Source: Candidatus Woesearchaeota archaeon (GTDB taxonomy: Archaea > Nanobdellota > Nanobdellia > Woesearchaeales > GW2011-AR9). Taken from it: a DNA stretch of 58,268 nt. Positions 16,707 through 28,156 of the stretch are shown piece after piece. Below the pieces are notes generated by a model. That model did not search any database. It worked only from the letters and a program-made list of their open reading frames with translations, and was not told the origin of the DNA. The number at the start of each line of letters is the position of its first letter. The stretch's first letter is position 1. The stretch covers positions 1 through 58,268 of the forward strand of contig JABHQW010000007.1 in the NCBI GenBank assembly GCA_018696595.1, written 5' to 3'. The position numbers and the translations under genes were made by a program.

Positions 16707-18977
16707 CTAACCGAAGTAATCAGCTTTCTCATGCTTAATCTGTTTCGCTCTGGCAGCAGAAAAGTAATCTGCCAGTTTATCATAAGCTTCTTCAACTTCT
16801 TTATCCACAGACGGTTTAACAACATTAAGGGCTTCTTCGAAATGTTTCAAAGTAATTTCTTTACTGCCCATATTTTCTCGTAAAGCAATCATGGCAGCCT
16901 CTCTACATACTCCTTCAATGTCTGCACCAACATAACCTTCGGTTTTGTCTGCCAATTGAATAATATCAACATCTTTGGCAACAGGCATACCTTCAACATA
17001 AATTTCAAAGATTTTCTTCCTACCTTCTACATCAGGAACAGGAGTAAAAATAATTCGATCAAACCTTCCTTGTCTTAACAAAGCAGGATCAACAATGTCT
17101 GGCCTATTAGTTGCAGCAATAACAACAACATCATTCAGACTTTCTAAGCCATCCATCTCAGTAAGCATTTGGTTAACCATTTTCTCACTAACTCGATGAC
17201 CTTCCGATGATCCACCTCTTCGAGGAACTAAAGCGTCAATCTCATCAAAGAATAAAATAGTAGGAGAGGTTTGTCGAGCTTTTCTAAAAATTTCTCGCAC
17301 AGCTTTCTCAGATTCACCAACCCACTTACTAAGTAATGAAGGTCCATTAACTAAAATAAAGTTTGATTCTGCTTCTTTAGCTACAGCTTTCGCCAATAAA
17401 GTTTTTCCAGTACCAGGAGGACCGTATAATAAAATCCCTCTTGGTGGACGAATCCCCATTTTTTCAAAAACTTCTGGGGTTTTCAGTGGCCATTCTACAG
17501 CTTCTTTAAGTTTATCTTTAACGTCTTCTAAGCCACCAACGTCTGACCAATTAACATCAGGAGTTTCTACTAAAACTTCTCTCATAGCAGATGGACGAAC
17601 AATTTTAAGTGATTCCATAAAATCTTTTTGAGTAACCATTAACTTAGCTAGAATATCTTCAGGAATAGTGTCGCCTTCTTCAATACCAGCTTTTTTCAAG
17701 TCAGGAAGAATTCTTCTTAACACAATCATAGCAGATTCTTTCGCCAAAGCATTCAAATCAGCACCAACAAAACCGTGAGTTATTTTGGCCATCTCTTTCA
17801 AATTAACATTCTTTGCCAATGGCATATTTCTTGTATGGATCTTCAAAACTTCCAACCGACCTTCTTTACCAGGAACACCGATTTCAATTTCTCGGTCAAA
17901 CCTTCCTGGACGACGCAAAGCTGGATCAACAACATTAGGCATATTAGTTGCAGCGATAACAATTACTTTTCCACGAGATTTCAAACCATCCATTAAACCA
18001 AGTAATTGTGCCACAACTCTTTTCTCAACATCTCCTTTAGTTTCTTCTCTTTTAGTTGCAATAGCATCAATTTCATCCAAGAAAATTATTGAAGGAGCAT
18101 TCTGTTCAGCTTCATCAAACTTTTTACGTAAGTTAGCTTCTGATTCCCCATAAAATTTACTCATAACTTCTGGGCCATTAATTAAAATGAAATGTGATTG
18201 AGTTTCTGAAGCAACAGCTTTTGCCAATAAAGTTTTACCCGTTCCAGGAGGACCATGTAACAGAACTCCTTTCGGTGGTTCGATTCCTAACCTTTCAAAT
18301 ATTTCAGGATGTTTTAAAGGAAGTTCAATCATTTCTCTAACTTTTTTAATTTCTTCTCCCAAACCACCAATGTCTTCATAATTTACCCCAAGAGTTAATG
18401 TTTCTTCTTCTTCCTTAAAAGAAGCTCTGGGATCAAAAACTAATTCTGTATCTTGATTAACTGTAACAATACCTTTTGCAGGATTAGTTTCAGAAACAAA
18501 TAATTTAACTGCTGCGCCAAACCCAAGAAAATTCTCTTGTACTTGGATAACAATGCCGCCTTGCCTGATTACTTTCGGGCGATCTCTTCGTAAAGAAATA
18601 ATATCGTTTTTCATTAACGGTCTGTTAAGTAAAGCACTTTTTAAGAAATCATGTCTGATTGGAGGAACGTGACCTAAACGGCCAACAACGATTCTCTTTG
18701 CTGGAATTACTTCCGTTTTTTCAATCGTAACAAATTCCCCGATAGAAGTTTTAGCATTTCTTCTGGTATCACCATCCATCCGAACGATGTTAAGATTAAT
18801 ATCTCCTGGATATCCTCTACGAACAACTGCTGCGGTAACTTTCTCACCTTTAACTTCAACAATCTCTCCTTCGTTTACATTAATCGTTTTCATAAAACCA
18901 GAATCTAATCTAACAATTCCTTTATTAACATCATCCTGTACTGCTTCCATAACTTTAAGTTTAAGTTCTTCTGACAT
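16707..18977 (-). CDS. cdc48: CDC48/VAT AAA+ ATPase
   Basis: N-domain plus two AAA modules (GPPGTGKT twice, second region of homology). Confidence 0.97.
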   Translation of the reverse strand: MSEELKLKVMEAVQDDVNKGIVRLDSGFMKTINVNEGEIVEVKGEKVTAAVVRRGYPGDINLNIVRMDGDTRRNAKTSIGEFVTIEKTEVIPAKRIVVGRLGHVPPIRHDFLKSALLNRPLMKNDIISLRRDRPKVIRQGGIVIQVQENFLGFGAAVKLFVSETNPAKGIVTVNQDTELVFDPRASFKEEEETLTLGVNYEDIGGLGEEIKKVREMIELPLKHPEIFERLGIEPPKGVLLHGPPGTGKTLLAKAVASETQSHFILINGPEVMSKFYGESEANLRKKFDEAEQNAPSIIFLDEIDAIATKREETKGDVEKRVVAQLLGLMDGLKSRGKVIVIAATNMPNVVDPALRRPGRFDREIEIGVPGKEGRLEVLKIHTRNMPLAKNVNLKEMAKITHGFVGADLNALAKESAMIVLRRILPDLKKAGIEEGDTIPEDILAKLMVTQKDFMESLKIVRPSAMREVLVETPDVNWSDVGGLEDVKDKLKEAVEWPLKTPEVFEKMGIRPPRGILLYGPPGTGKTLLAKAVAKEAESNFILVNGPSLLSKWVGESEKAVREIFRKARQTSPTILFFDEIDALVPRRGGSSEGHRVSEKMVNQMLTEMDGLESLNDVVVIAATNRPDIVDPALLRQGRFDRIIFTPVPDVEGRKKIFEIYVEGMPVAKDVDIIQLADKTEGYVGADIEGVCREAAMIALRENMGSKEITLKHFEEALNVVKPSVDKEVEEAYDKLADYFSAARAKQIKHEKADYFG

Positions 18978-19225
18978 AATTACTCACCCTCTCGAGAATA
19001 TTCAGAGAATTGTTAATATATAAAGTTTATGGAGTAAATAATAATAACTACTCCAAGATGGAAATAGTTATATATCAGTGTGCCTCATCAATTTTGTTAA
19101 GAGGTATATAGATCTATGAAGTATACTAAAAATCCTTAGATTTTGAACAGAAATCTAAAGATTTTGGTATATACAAAAGGAATTAAGTCCGAAACCTAAT
19201 TCCTTTTAGTATATATGGTGAATTA

Positions 19226-20704
19226 ATGACAACCTTAGACGCTATCGTTATTGGAAGTGGTCCTGTAGCTACACTTAATGCTGTTTCTTTAGACCCTTCA
19301 CTTACTATTGGATGGACTGTTTTCAAAGATAAAACTGCTAAATTAAAACAAGGAGTACATTTAGTTAATGGGAAAAAAGTTAAAGAAGGTCTTGAGGAAG
19401 AGTTATATGAAAGAGTTATTGAATCTTCTGAGATGGTTTTTGATCCTAAACAACCAGAAGAAGGTAAATTAAATATTTATACAGTTCAACCAAATCAACA
19501 GTTATCCCTAGACACATTACCAATTACAGATGAAACATTAATAGTCTTAGCAACCAAATCTTATAGTAATGAAGATGTTCTTGAACAATTAAAACCATTA
19601 TTAGATGTAGCAAATCCAACAATCGTATTAACTCAGAATGGGGTTGCTCCAGAAATTAGAGTTAATGAATGGCTTGAAAAGGAAGGTTACGATAAAGTTA
19701 AGGTTGTCAGAGGAGTTGCCCTGGGGCCTTGTACTTATGATAAAGATGACCCAACAATATTAAATAATAATATTCATGATCTGGTTTTCGGTCACTGGAA
19801 CGCAGAAAACCATGAAGGACATGAAGAAGCAACAACAACGGTTGTTGAAGCATACACCCATTTACCAACAAAAAGTGGAGGAAATAATTTTAAAGGAACT
19901 TCCATAAGTAAAGCTCTTGTTAATTTAATAAACCCAATTTCAATTTTATTTGCTAACTCTATTGGTGAAGCACTTGAATCTAGTTTAATTAGTAATCTTT
20001 ATCTTTCCTGTTTTGAAGAAGGATTAGCAGTGTTTAAAGATCAAGGCATTACTCTTGAACCCAGAAATACTTTGGATTCTTCATTATTTATGTATGATGC
20101 TGCAAGACCACACATGCCTTCCATGGGCAGAGATACTTTTGTAGCAATTCAAGGAGGAGAAGATTATCAATTCCCATTAGAAACTGAAACTATCGATCTT
20201 TCAGGACAAATTGCAGTGTTAGGAAAAGAAGCAGGGATTACTACTTACTGGAATTCTTTATGTGCAGACTTAGTAGACGATTTCTGTAAATCATTTAATG
20301 AAATTAAAGAACAAGGCGGTTCTGACATTGCTGCAGAATTTGCAGTTAGGTTTGTTACTAGAAACAGACATATTGCAGGCCTAGACCCTTATCAACTCCA
20401 TAATCGTGCTAGAGATTTTGATGTTGTAGAAGATTTACAAGAGGGCGTTAAAAAAAGATTTGCAGAAGTTGACACTAATCTTCCTAAAGCAGTTTACTTG
20501 TGTCCTTCATTAGCAAGCCCTAACACGTCTTTACCAAATTTATCTCAATCATTAATCAATTCTTATCAACAATTAAAATTAGGGTACTCTCAACATTTGT
20601 CTCAATCTAATGTTCAATTTGATTTACAGATAGCAGAATGTCCAAATACAGAAGTTTGTTCTAAAAGAAAAACAATAAGTCCGGTTTGTCTTAGACCCAC
20701 ATAA
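19226..20704 (+). CDS. Ketopantoate reductase (PanE/ApbA)-like oxidoreductase with C-terminal extension
   Basis: VIGSGPVA, LIVLATKSY, VLTQNGV, PSMGRD. Confidence 0.6.
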   Translation: MTTLDAIVIGSGPVATLNAVSLDPSLTIGWTVFKDKTAKLKQGVHLVNGKKVKEGLEEELYERVIESSEMVFDPKQPEEGKLNIYTVQPNQQLSLDTLPITDETLIVLATKSYSNEDVLEQLKPLLDVANPTIVLTQNGVAPEIRVNEWLEKEGYDKVKVVRGVALGPCTYDKDDPTILNNNIHDLVFGHWNAENHEGHEEATTTVVEAYTHLPTKSGGNNFKGTSISKALVNLINPISILFANSIGEALESSLISNLYLSCFEEGLAVFKDQGITLEPRNTLDSSLFMYDAARPHMPSMGRDTFVAIQGGEDYQFPLETETIDLSGQIAVLGKEAGITTYWNSLCADLVDDFCKSFNEIKEQGGSDIAAEFAVRFVTRNRHIAGLDPYQLHNRARDFDVVEDLQEGVKKRFAEVDTNLPKAVYLCPSLASPNTSLPNLSQSLINSYQQLKLGYSQHLSQSNVQFDLQIAECPNTEVCSKRKTISPVCLRPT

Positions 20705-20712
20705 TTTTAGAA

Positions 20713-22590
20713 ATGACAACCACATTAACTACAGAAGCAATGAACCTTGCACAGATTATTGAACATCACGGACAAGATGAAACACTAGGCAATCAAACCT
20801 TTATTATGTTTAGAGATGACGAAACAAAACAGATGCAAGAGGTTACCTATCAAGAATTTTATCAAAGATCTTTAGAGTATGGAAACATGCTTCATCAAAT
20901 GCGTTCTGAAAGTGATAAATCTATCGAAGATAATTTTCAAGTTGGTGCTTTTATGCAAAACACTCCTGAATTTCTATATCTGTTAGGAGGATGTGCTTTT
21001 ACTGGTTCTACTTTAGTGGGAATTAATAATGCTCAAGTTGGAGAAAAGTTAGCACAAGACATTAATGGAATTAACCTAGACCTTCTTGTTGTTGATAATG
21101 TAGAACAACCAAAAACTGGAAGAACTTTTTTAGAAACGGTTTTAGTTGCAAAAAAAGAACACGGATTTGAAGGGTTAAAAAGAGCAGACATTATGGTTAA
21201 AGGTGGATCTTATATGGCGGAATGGGGAGAAGATATAGAAACCATTGAAGACACATTATTAGAATATGGACTATCACTAAATCAATTTACCCCACAAGAG
21301 TTTGATCAAGATAAAGCAGGAGTAATAATTTTTACTTCTGGAACAACTGGCGCCCCAAAAGGAATAGAAGTTAGTTGGAATAAATTAGTTGATGTTGGTG
21401 GTGTTGCTACTAAGATTCTAAACTATACAGAAGATGATGTTGGTTATGTTTGTATGCCGTTAAATCATTCAAATTCTCTTTACTTAAATATTATGCCAGC
21501 ATTATTAAACGGGGCTCAGATTTTATTAAGAAGGAGATTTAGTTCTAGTCAATTTGTAAATGACATTTCAGAAGTTGGAGCTACTGTTTGGAATTGTGTT
21601 GGTGACCCTGCAAGTTATGTAGTTAATAAAGTTGGAGCAGATACTGACCATAGTGGGTTGCCCCTAAGAACAGTAATTAGTACAGGAACCAATGCTGAGA
21701 ATCGAGCAACATTCTCTAAAATATTTGGCCTTGACATTTTCACAGAAGTATATGGTTCAACTGAAGTTGGCGCAATAACAATGGTTGACAAGAACACACC
21801 AGATTATAGTGTTGGAAAATTGATTAAAGATGTGAAAATATTTGGTGAAGATTCAACGGCAGCATTACCACTAGCAAAAGTTGATGAAGATGGAAAAATT
21901 CTAAACTTTAGTGAAGCTGTTGGGGAAGTTGTTGTTAGTCAAGAATCTTTGGCTGGTTCTGCATTTACTGGTTATTATAAACAACCAGAAGAAAGTGCAG
22001 AAAGACTTTGTAATGCGGGTGAAGAACAATTTTACAGAATGGGAGATCTGGGTGCTATTGTAGAGCAGGATGGAATCAAATATTTAATGTTCTTAGGTAG
22101 AACTGGAACAGACAGATTAAGAAGAAGCGGAGAAAACTTTTCGACAACTTTTGTTGAGGATGCTATTCGTAAACACCCTGGTGTAACTAACAGCGCAGTT
22201 ATTGGCATACCAGAATTTAATAGTACTGAAAATGACAACCCCATTTATGTTGTAGAAACAAAAGACCCTTCAACTTTTGATGTTGATAGTTTTTACCAAC
22301 ACTGCCAAGAAACATTACCGGGATATGTTCTTCCTGGTTTTATTAGAGTGGTCCAAGAGTTACCAAAAACTGATACTTTAAAAGTAAGAAAAGCAGAATT
22401 ATCTCAACAATTTATTGAAAGAACCCCAGCAATAGATGAAGATCAAAATGATCGACTTTATGCTGTTAATGAGGGAGTACAAGAATTTGAAACAGCAGAT
22501 TACCTTACAGCAATGAAACAATTTACTGATCCTGCAGTGCAAAGTAGATTAATTGCTGCCACTAGAAGAGACGATTTAAAATTCATATAA
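20713..22590 (+). CDS. Acyl-CoA synthetase (AMP-forming)
   Basis: FTSGTTGAPKG, EVYGSTE, YRMGDLG, GENFS. Confidence 0.9.
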   Translation: MTTTLTTEAMNLAQIIEHHGQDETLGNQTFIMFRDDETKQMQEVTYQEFYQRSLEYGNMLHQMRSESDKSIEDNFQVGAFMQNTPEFLYLLGGCAFTGSTLVGINNAQVGEKLAQDINGINLDLLVVDNVEQPKTGRTFLETVLVAKKEHGFEGLKRADIMVKGGSYMAEWGEDIETIEDTLLEYGLSLNQFTPQEFDQDKAGVIIFTSGTTGAPKGIEVSWNKLVDVGGVATKILNYTEDDVGYVCMPLNHSNSLYLNIMPALLNGAQILLRRRFSSSQFVNDISEVGATVWNCVGDPASYVVNKVGADTDHSGLPLRTVISTGTNAENRATFSKIFGLDIFTEVYGSTEVGAITMVDKNTPDYSVGKLIKDVKIFGEDSTAALPLAKVDEDGKILNFSEAVGEVVVSQESLAGSAFTGYYKQPEESAERLCNAGEEQFYRMGDLGAIVEQDGIKYLMFLGRTGTDRLRRSGENFSTTFVEDAIRKHPGVTNSAVIGIPEFNSTENDNPIYVVETKDPSTFDVDSFYQHCQETLPGYVLPGFIRVVQELPKTDTLKVRKAELSQQFIERTPAIDEDQNDRLYAVNEGVQEFETADYLTAMKQFTDPAVQSRLIAATRRDDLKFI

Positions 22591-22591
22591 A

Positions 22592-23815
22592 ATGACAAAA
22601 CCACAATCAATTGGAAAAGTACAAAGAGAATTGATAACTGCTCATTATCAGAGAGCAAATGAAGCAAAGGCAGAAGGGAAACCAGTTGTTTACGTAACAG
22701 CAATGTTTCCAGTTGAAATTGTTAAAGCTTTTGAACCACACTTAGCAACAGTTTACCCAGAGAACCATGCTGCTTTGTTAATTTCTCGAGGTTTAGCTGA
22801 AGATTTAGCAAGTAAAGCAACAGTAGGTGCACATTTGGACAAGATGGGTTGTGCTTATGAGTTGGTAAATACGGGATACCTTTTACAACCAGAAAGTGCG
22901 TTAGTAGATGCTAAGGGAAGACCAATTTCAAAACTACCAGAACCAGACGTTCTTCTTGCTTGTGATAATCAATGTAGAGTGGTTTCAGAATGGTTTGCTA
23001 ATTTGGGAAAACTCTTTGACGCTACTGCTTACTCTGTAAACGTTGGAGACAATTATACTGGCGAAGAAAGTTCTAGAAAAACAACTTATATCAGAGGACA
23101 ATTAGAACATGTTATTGCTTTTCTTGAAGAGAAAACAGGAACAGATTTGAACCAGGATAAATTATTAGAAGTTGCCAGACAATCAAACTCTGCAGTTAAA
23201 TTATGGCGAGAGTATTTAGAATTAGGAAAATTAACTCCTTCCCCTGTAACTTCATTTGATGGGTTTTTTCATATGGCACCCATCGTTTCAGAAAGAGGAA
23301 CACAACAAGCAGTAGATTATTATCAACAGTTATTGAATGAAACAGATGTTAATGAAGGAGCAGTTCAACCAGAGAAACACAGGCTGTTATGGGATAATTT
23401 AGCCACCTGGTTTAATTTTGGAGAATTAAAAAGATACTTTTCTGACAGAAACATTGCAGTTGTTGGATCCACATACTTAGACGTCTGGAAAAAAGAGTTA
23501 GATACAACAAGTTATGACACTCTTCTAGACAGTATGGCCGAAGCCTATGGCACAATGTATACTAATCAAACAATGGATCAAAGGATTGATCTTTGGAAAG
23601 AAATGGTAAGAAGTCATCGTGCAGAAGGAATTTTATTTCATGACAATAGAAGTTGTCACACTTTTTCTTTAAGACAAAGAGAAATTGCAAAAGCTTTGAA
23701 AGAAGAGTTTGGTAATCAATTTAGAACAATTCACTTTGAAGGCGATCAAGGATTGAAAGAAAGGTTCCAAGAAACATCATTGAAAACTAAAGTTGAAACT
23801 TATTTCTGTGATTAA
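22592..23815 (+). CDS. 2-hydroxyacyl-CoA dehydratase subunit (HGD-D/FldB family)
   Basis: YPENHAA, LPEPDVLLACDNQC, EGILFHDNRSC, FEGD. Confidence 0.85.
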   Translation: MTKPQSIGKVQRELITAHYQRANEAKAEGKPVVYVTAMFPVEIVKAFEPHLATVYPENHAALLISRGLAEDLASKATVGAHLDKMGCAYELVNTGYLLQPESALVDAKGRPISKLPEPDVLLACDNQCRVVSEWFANLGKLFDATAYSVNVGDNYTGEESSRKTTYIRGQLEHVIAFLEEKTGTDLNQDKLLEVARQSNSAVKLWREYLELGKLTPSPVTSFDGFFHMAPIVSERGTQQAVDYYQQLLNETDVNEGAVQPEKHRLLWDNLATWFNFGELKRYFSDRNIAVVGSTYLDVWKKELDTTSYDTLLDSMAEAYGTMYTNQTMDQRIDLWKEMVRSHRAEGILFHDNRSCHTFSLRQREIAKALKEEFGNQFRTIHFEGDQGLKERFQETSLKTKVETYFCD

Positions 23816-23867
23816 AAATTTCTATATAACAGAAACTTTTATTTACTCAACCAAAATACAAAGTGAT

Positions 23868-25010
23868 ATGATTCCTAATTACAAACAAAATAATATAATC
23901 AATTTGATGAGTTCTATTTTACATGGGTTAGGCAGTAACAGCAAATACCCACAATTGAATAAAGAACTAACTAAAGAAATCAAAGAAGCCAAGAATGTTG
24001 TTCTAATGGTCATTGATGGTGTTGGAACTGATAGTTTAAAGAAACTGGGCAAGAAAAGTTTTTTGGTTAAGAATAAAGTTCAGGATTTACAATCAATATT
24101 TCCATCAACTACTGCGGCTGCAGTAACCACTTTCTATACTGGATTGGCGCCACAAGAACATGGCGTTACTGGTTGGTATATGAACATGAAAGAGTTTGGT
24201 GCTGTTGTTTGTCTATTACGTTTTATAACAAGAATGAGAAAGAAGATTGAATTACTTGATAAAGACCCTTATTTACCAAAAGCAATCTTTGACAAAATAA
24301 AAGTTAAAAGTTATAAAATCGGTCCTGAAAGTATATTCAAAAGTCCTTACAATCAGATCTTGGGAAAAAATGCTAGTTTAATTGGTTATAGAAGTTTAAA
24401 CGGTTTCTTCAACAAAATCAATCAAACAATTAAATCAAGTTCAAAGAGAAAATTTATTTATGCTTACTGGCCAGACTTTGATTCCTTGTCGCATTTATTA
24501 GGGAAGAATAGTAAAGAAGCCAAAGACCATCTTAAAGCAATAGATGAAAAGATGGAAAAGTTTGTTAAAAAACTAGAAGGAACAAACACTTTACTTTTAA
24601 TCACTGCAGACCATGGCCAGATTGTTACAACAAGGAAAAAAGCAGTTATTGCTAATGAACATCCATTATTAAAAGAATGTTTATCTGCTCCTCTTTGTGG
24701 TGAACCAAGAGCAGCTTATTGTTATGTATATCCAAGAAAAGTTAAACAGTTTGAAAGTTATGTAAAAAATAAATTAAGCAAGTATTGTGAATTACACAAA
24801 TCTGAAGATCTGGTAAAAGCGGGATATTTCGGGCTTGGAAGAGCACACCCTCGTCTTTTAGATAGAGTTGGAGATTATACATTAATAATGAAGAAAGATC
24901 ATATCATTAAAGATTTTTTAATCAACGAAGAGTTTAGAATTAAAATAGGAGATCATGGTGGAGTAAGTGAAGAAGAAATGATTATTCCTTTAATAAAAAT
25001 AAGAAAATAA
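23868..25010 (+). CDS. Alkaline phosphatase superfamily / nucleotide pyrophosphatase
   Basis: VIDGVG, FPSTTAAA, DSLSH, TADHG, GDHGG. Confidence 0.9.
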   Translation: MIPNYKQNNIINLMSSILHGLGSNSKYPQLNKELTKEIKEAKNVVLMVIDGVGTDSLKKLGKKSFLVKNKVQDLQSIFPSTTAAAVTTFYTGLAPQEHGVTGWYMNMKEFGAVVCLLRFITRMRKKIELLDKDPYLPKAIFDKIKVKSYKIGPESIFKSPYNQILGKNASLIGYRSLNGFFNKINQTIKSSSKRKFIYAYWPDFDSLSHLLGKNSKEAKDHLKAIDEKMEKFVKKLEGTNTLLLITADHGQIVTTRKKAVIANEHPLLKECLSAPLCGEPRAAYCYVYPRKVKQFESYVKNKLSKYCELHKSEDLVKAGYFGLGRAHPRLLDRVGDYTLIMKKDHIIKDFLINEEFRIKIGDHGGVSEEEMIIPLIKIRK

Positions 25011-25015
25011 AAAAA

Positions 25016-25708
25016 TTAATTCTTATAAAAGTCAGTAACTAACTGTGCAATATCTGCAACAACCCGAGTGACATCATGGACACAAGCTACTTTTGGCACT
25101 TCATCAAGTTTAAGATATTTCATATCATGTGCAACTGAACCATTAGTTCTAGAACGTTCATCAATTGAAGTTGGCATAGTAGTTGTGTCAATAACTAACC
25201 CATATTCTCCAGATCTAAGTTCTTCTTTAAGGTTACTTCCTAATACAACTTTATCAGGATCACAGAATACCTCTATTACTTGTTTCATTGCTCGATAAAT
25301 AGAACTATTTTCTCCAGCTGGCATATAAACTAATACTTTACCGCCTTCTTTCAAAGGTGCTTTAGAAACAGTCATTCCAACTAATGTTCCTAATTCATCT
25401 TTATCCAATAATTCAGCACCCAATTCTTTAGCTTTTTCCTTAACCTCTTCTTGGTCAGCTACACCAGTCCAAAGAATTTTCCTAGCATCCAAATCTTCAA
25501 GTTCTTCTAAGATTTTATAACCTTCTGTTCCTTGTGGAGTATATTGTAAGTCTGTAATAATAGTGGTGTAATTTCCAGTTCTTGCTTCTGTAACTAACTC
25601 CTCTGGAGAAGATACAAAAGTTATCTCTGCACCAGGGATATATGGCATTGCTTCTCTAGCAAACTCTAGATTATCGTCCCCCAATAATATTTTTTCTAAT
25701 TTTTCCAT
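25016..25708 (-). CDS. Response-regulator receiver domain protein
   Basis: LLGDDN...IITDLQY...EGY; a second, degenerate receiver-like half. Confidence 0.65.
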   Translation of the reverse strand: MEKLEKILLGDDNLEFAREAMPYIPGAEITFVSSPEELVTEARTGNYTTIITDLQYTPQGTEGYKILEELEDLDARKILWTGVADQEEVKEKAKELGAELLDKDELGTLVGMTVSKAPLKEGGKVLVYMPAGENSSIYRAMKQVIEVFCDPDKVVLGSNLKEELRSGEYGLVIDTTTMPTSIDERSRTNGSVAHDMKYLKLDEVPKVACVHDVTRVVADIAQLVTDFYKN

Positions 25709-25815
25709 TTTAATTTCACCATAGTTTTTTATTAATAATTAATAGAAATAGACGATTATTTATAAACTTTTTGTAAATTACTACTCAAAAGTAAATAAAA
25801 AAGTAAAAAAGAAAT

Positions 25816-26253
25816 TTACTCTTCTTTCTTTGTTTCTTCTGCAGGAGCAGGGTTAGTCTTTACTTTAGGTAAAGGTAACGGACTTGGCAAAGAAATATCT
25901 TCACTAATCTTAATTGCTTGAATGTTTCCTTTATGTAAAGCTGCATTAACAATTTGTTCCATAACATCTGCGGGAATCTTTTTGTCTTTATCCCAACCTT
26001 CTTTAATTTCGTTAATCTTAGCTTCTACTTCAACAAAAAGAACTTGGCCTTCAACATCAATTTTTCCTAAACCAGGTTCATAAGCACAGTTGAAAGTAAA
26101 AGTAAACTTCAAACCTTTTTTACCATCAGCAGCGAAACTCATTTCTTCAACATCTTTAACAGAAACGTTATTGTTGATCTTAATCTGTCCTACTTTTGCG
26201 TCTAAACTTCTTTCTGCATTAACTTTGTGTAAATTTATTTTAACTATTGTCAT
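25816..26253 (-). CDS. Conserved archaeal hypothetical protein
   Basis: MTIV...KVNAER start and LPSPLPLPKV end recall a conserved archaeal family. Confidence 0.7.
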   Translation of the reverse strand: MTIVKINLHKVNAERSLDAKVGQIKINNNVSVKDVEEMSFAADGKKGLKFTFTFNCAYEPGLGKIDVEGQVLFVEVEAKINEIKEGWDKDKKIPADVMEQIVNAALHKGNIQAIKISEDISLPSPLPLPKVKTNPAPAEETKKEE

Positions 26254-26368
26254 CTTTTAACCTCCAGTTATAAGATACAAAAAATTGTAAAACAATTTTT
26301 CAGTATTTTAACCACCTTTTTAAGTTTTAAAGGTTATTTAGAAAGCTCCTTTATAAATTTTATTGATG

Positions 26369-26572
26369 TTAAGAATGATATTTCTTTAATAATTCTATTA
26401 AATTACCTTTGGTTTGAGAGTAAACGGCTTTAGACTTATCAAATAATTCATATCTTTCAGATAAATGATAAACCACTGCACCTAAACCAAATATTGCTAA
26501 AGGAGCAACAAATGAACCTAATAAAGTGGGAGTGAATTCAGCAACAATATCAGTAAGTTCTACTGGAGTCAT
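26369..26572 (-). CDS. Small membrane protein
   Basis: Single TM segment. Confidence 0.5.
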   Translation of the reverse strand: MTPVELTDIVAEFTPTLLGSFVAPLAIFGLGAVVYHLSERYELFDKSKAVYSQTKGNLIELLKKYHS

Positions 26573-26605
26573 TCTTGATGATAGTTTATAAATTATTTAT
26601 AAGGG

Positions 26606-27439
26606 TTATGGTCTCATTGCCATTATCTTGTAAACTAATTTTGCTAAAGAATAAGCTTCTGCCTGAAAGTTTTCTTTTGGGGCAAATTCAACAATATCTG
26701 CTCCAATAACTTCTTTCTCTTTGAAAATTGTTTTTAGAATCGCAATCACCTGATTCCAATTAAAACCGCCAGGTTCAGGTGTGCCAGTATTTCTAATGAA
26801 ACTGGGATCAAAAATATCAACATCTATTGAAATGTAAACTTTATCTTTCAGTTTTGGAAGTAATTCTTTAAGTTTAGTTAAATTGAAGTTGTAAGCGTTT
26901 AGTAGATAAACATTCTCATTATTCTCAATCTGGGTTTTTTCATCAATATCCATTGATCTTATTCCAAGTAAAGCAACTTCACGATTCTTAGAAACTTGTT
27001 TTGCAGTACAAGCATGATTTAAACTTGAACTATTCCAAGAATCTCTGAAATCTGCGTGTGCATCTAAAATAATTACAGAGAAATCTTTGTGTATTTGTTC
27101 TTGTCCCTTAACTAATCCAATTGTAACTGAATGATCTCCGCCTAAACCAATAATAAATTTATTTTCATGTTTCTTAATTTCTTTAGAAACTCTTTCAATC
27201 ATTTCTTCTGGTTCACTAGCTTTAATTGGTTCTAACAATTCAATTCCTTTTTCAAACGGCTCACAATCAAACTGTTCATCATAATATTCTAAATGTTTAC
27301 TTGCTGCAATTATTTCTTTTGGACCATTAATAGTTCCAGTTCCGAAAGTCAAATCCTTCTCATATTCAATAGGCAAGATTACAAACTTACCCCTTTGGTA
27401 TTCTTCTGAGAGATTCATCCAATAATTTTTAGTTTTCAT
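26606..27439 (-). CDS. speB: Agmatinase (ureohydrolase)
   Basis: GGDHS, DAHAD, SIDVD, GTGTPEPGG-like motif. Confidence 0.92.
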   Translation of the reverse strand: MKTKNYWMNLSEEYQRGKFVILPIEYEKDLTFGTGTINGPKEIIAASKHLEYYDEQFDCEPFEKGIELLEPIKASEPEEMIERVSKEIKKHENKFIIGLGGDHSVTIGLVKGQEQIHKDFSVIILDAHADFRDSWNSSSLNHACTAKQVSKNREVALLGIRSMDIDEKTQIENNENVYLLNAYNFNLTKLKELLPKLKDKVYISIDVDIFDPSFIRNTGTPEPGGFNWNQVIAILKTIFKEKEVIGADIVEFAPKENFQAEAYSLAKLVYKIMAMRP

Positions 27440-28155
27440 TTTGTTCCAAAAGTTTTTATTGCCTCATCTAAATCCAATTCAATATAATCAAACAAACAAG
27501 CCCGAAGAATTAACCTTTCTCTTGCCTCTGGATGATCTGGCAAATTTGTTCTAAATCCACTTCTTTTTCCAAAAAGATCTGGGGAGTAAATTAACAGTGC
27601 TGGAAAAATATGTTCTTGATTTTCATTAATGGTATTCTCCTTAAAGTATGCAGGATAAAAACTAAACGGAGAAATTACCCAACAATCAGGAATCTGAAAA
27701 TTCCTATCCCAATAAGCTCTCGTGAATTCATGGTCTCCTTCAAATTCATCTCTCCAAGCAACTTCACAACCCTCTTTTAAAGTTCTAACAACGTTCTTAA
27801 CTAGGTAATGCCATTCTCCACGTTTATTTTTTACAGTAAACTCAAAATCTGGACCTGTTGTCGTTGTTATTCCCCTAAAACCAATTTCTCTCCCAGTATA
27901 TTCTTTTCTTAAATCAGGAACGACTCTACTTTCAATAACATTAGTATAAACGTGAGTTATTAATCCATCAGTATGTTGGTTTCTATCAAAATCGGTTTTA
28001 TTCATTTTTGGATCAAATAAAAATTGATATGTGCTTCCCATTTCTTCCATCCACATTTTAGCTGTTTCTTCATCAACCGGATAATAACTAATTCTTGGAT
28101 CTTGTTGAGCTAATTCTTCAAGTAACTCTGAGTTTGGTCTATGAATGGTAAGCAT
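27436..28155 (-). CDS. Hypothetical protein embedded in the polyamine operon
   Basis: 239-aa ORF translationally coupled on both sides. Confidence 0.65.
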   Translation of the reverse strand: MLTIHRPNSELLEELAQQDPRISYYPVDEETAKMWMEEMGSTYQFLFDPKMNKTDFDRNQHTDGLITHVYTNVIESRVVPDLRKEYTGREIGFRGITTTTGPDFEFTVKNKRGEWHYLVKNVVRTLKEGCEVAWRDEFEGDHEFTRAYWDRNFQIPDCWVISPFSFYPAYFKENTINENQEHIFPALLIYSPDLFGKRSGFRTNLPDHPEARERLILRACLFDYIELDLDEAIKTFGTK

Positions 28156-28156
28156 T

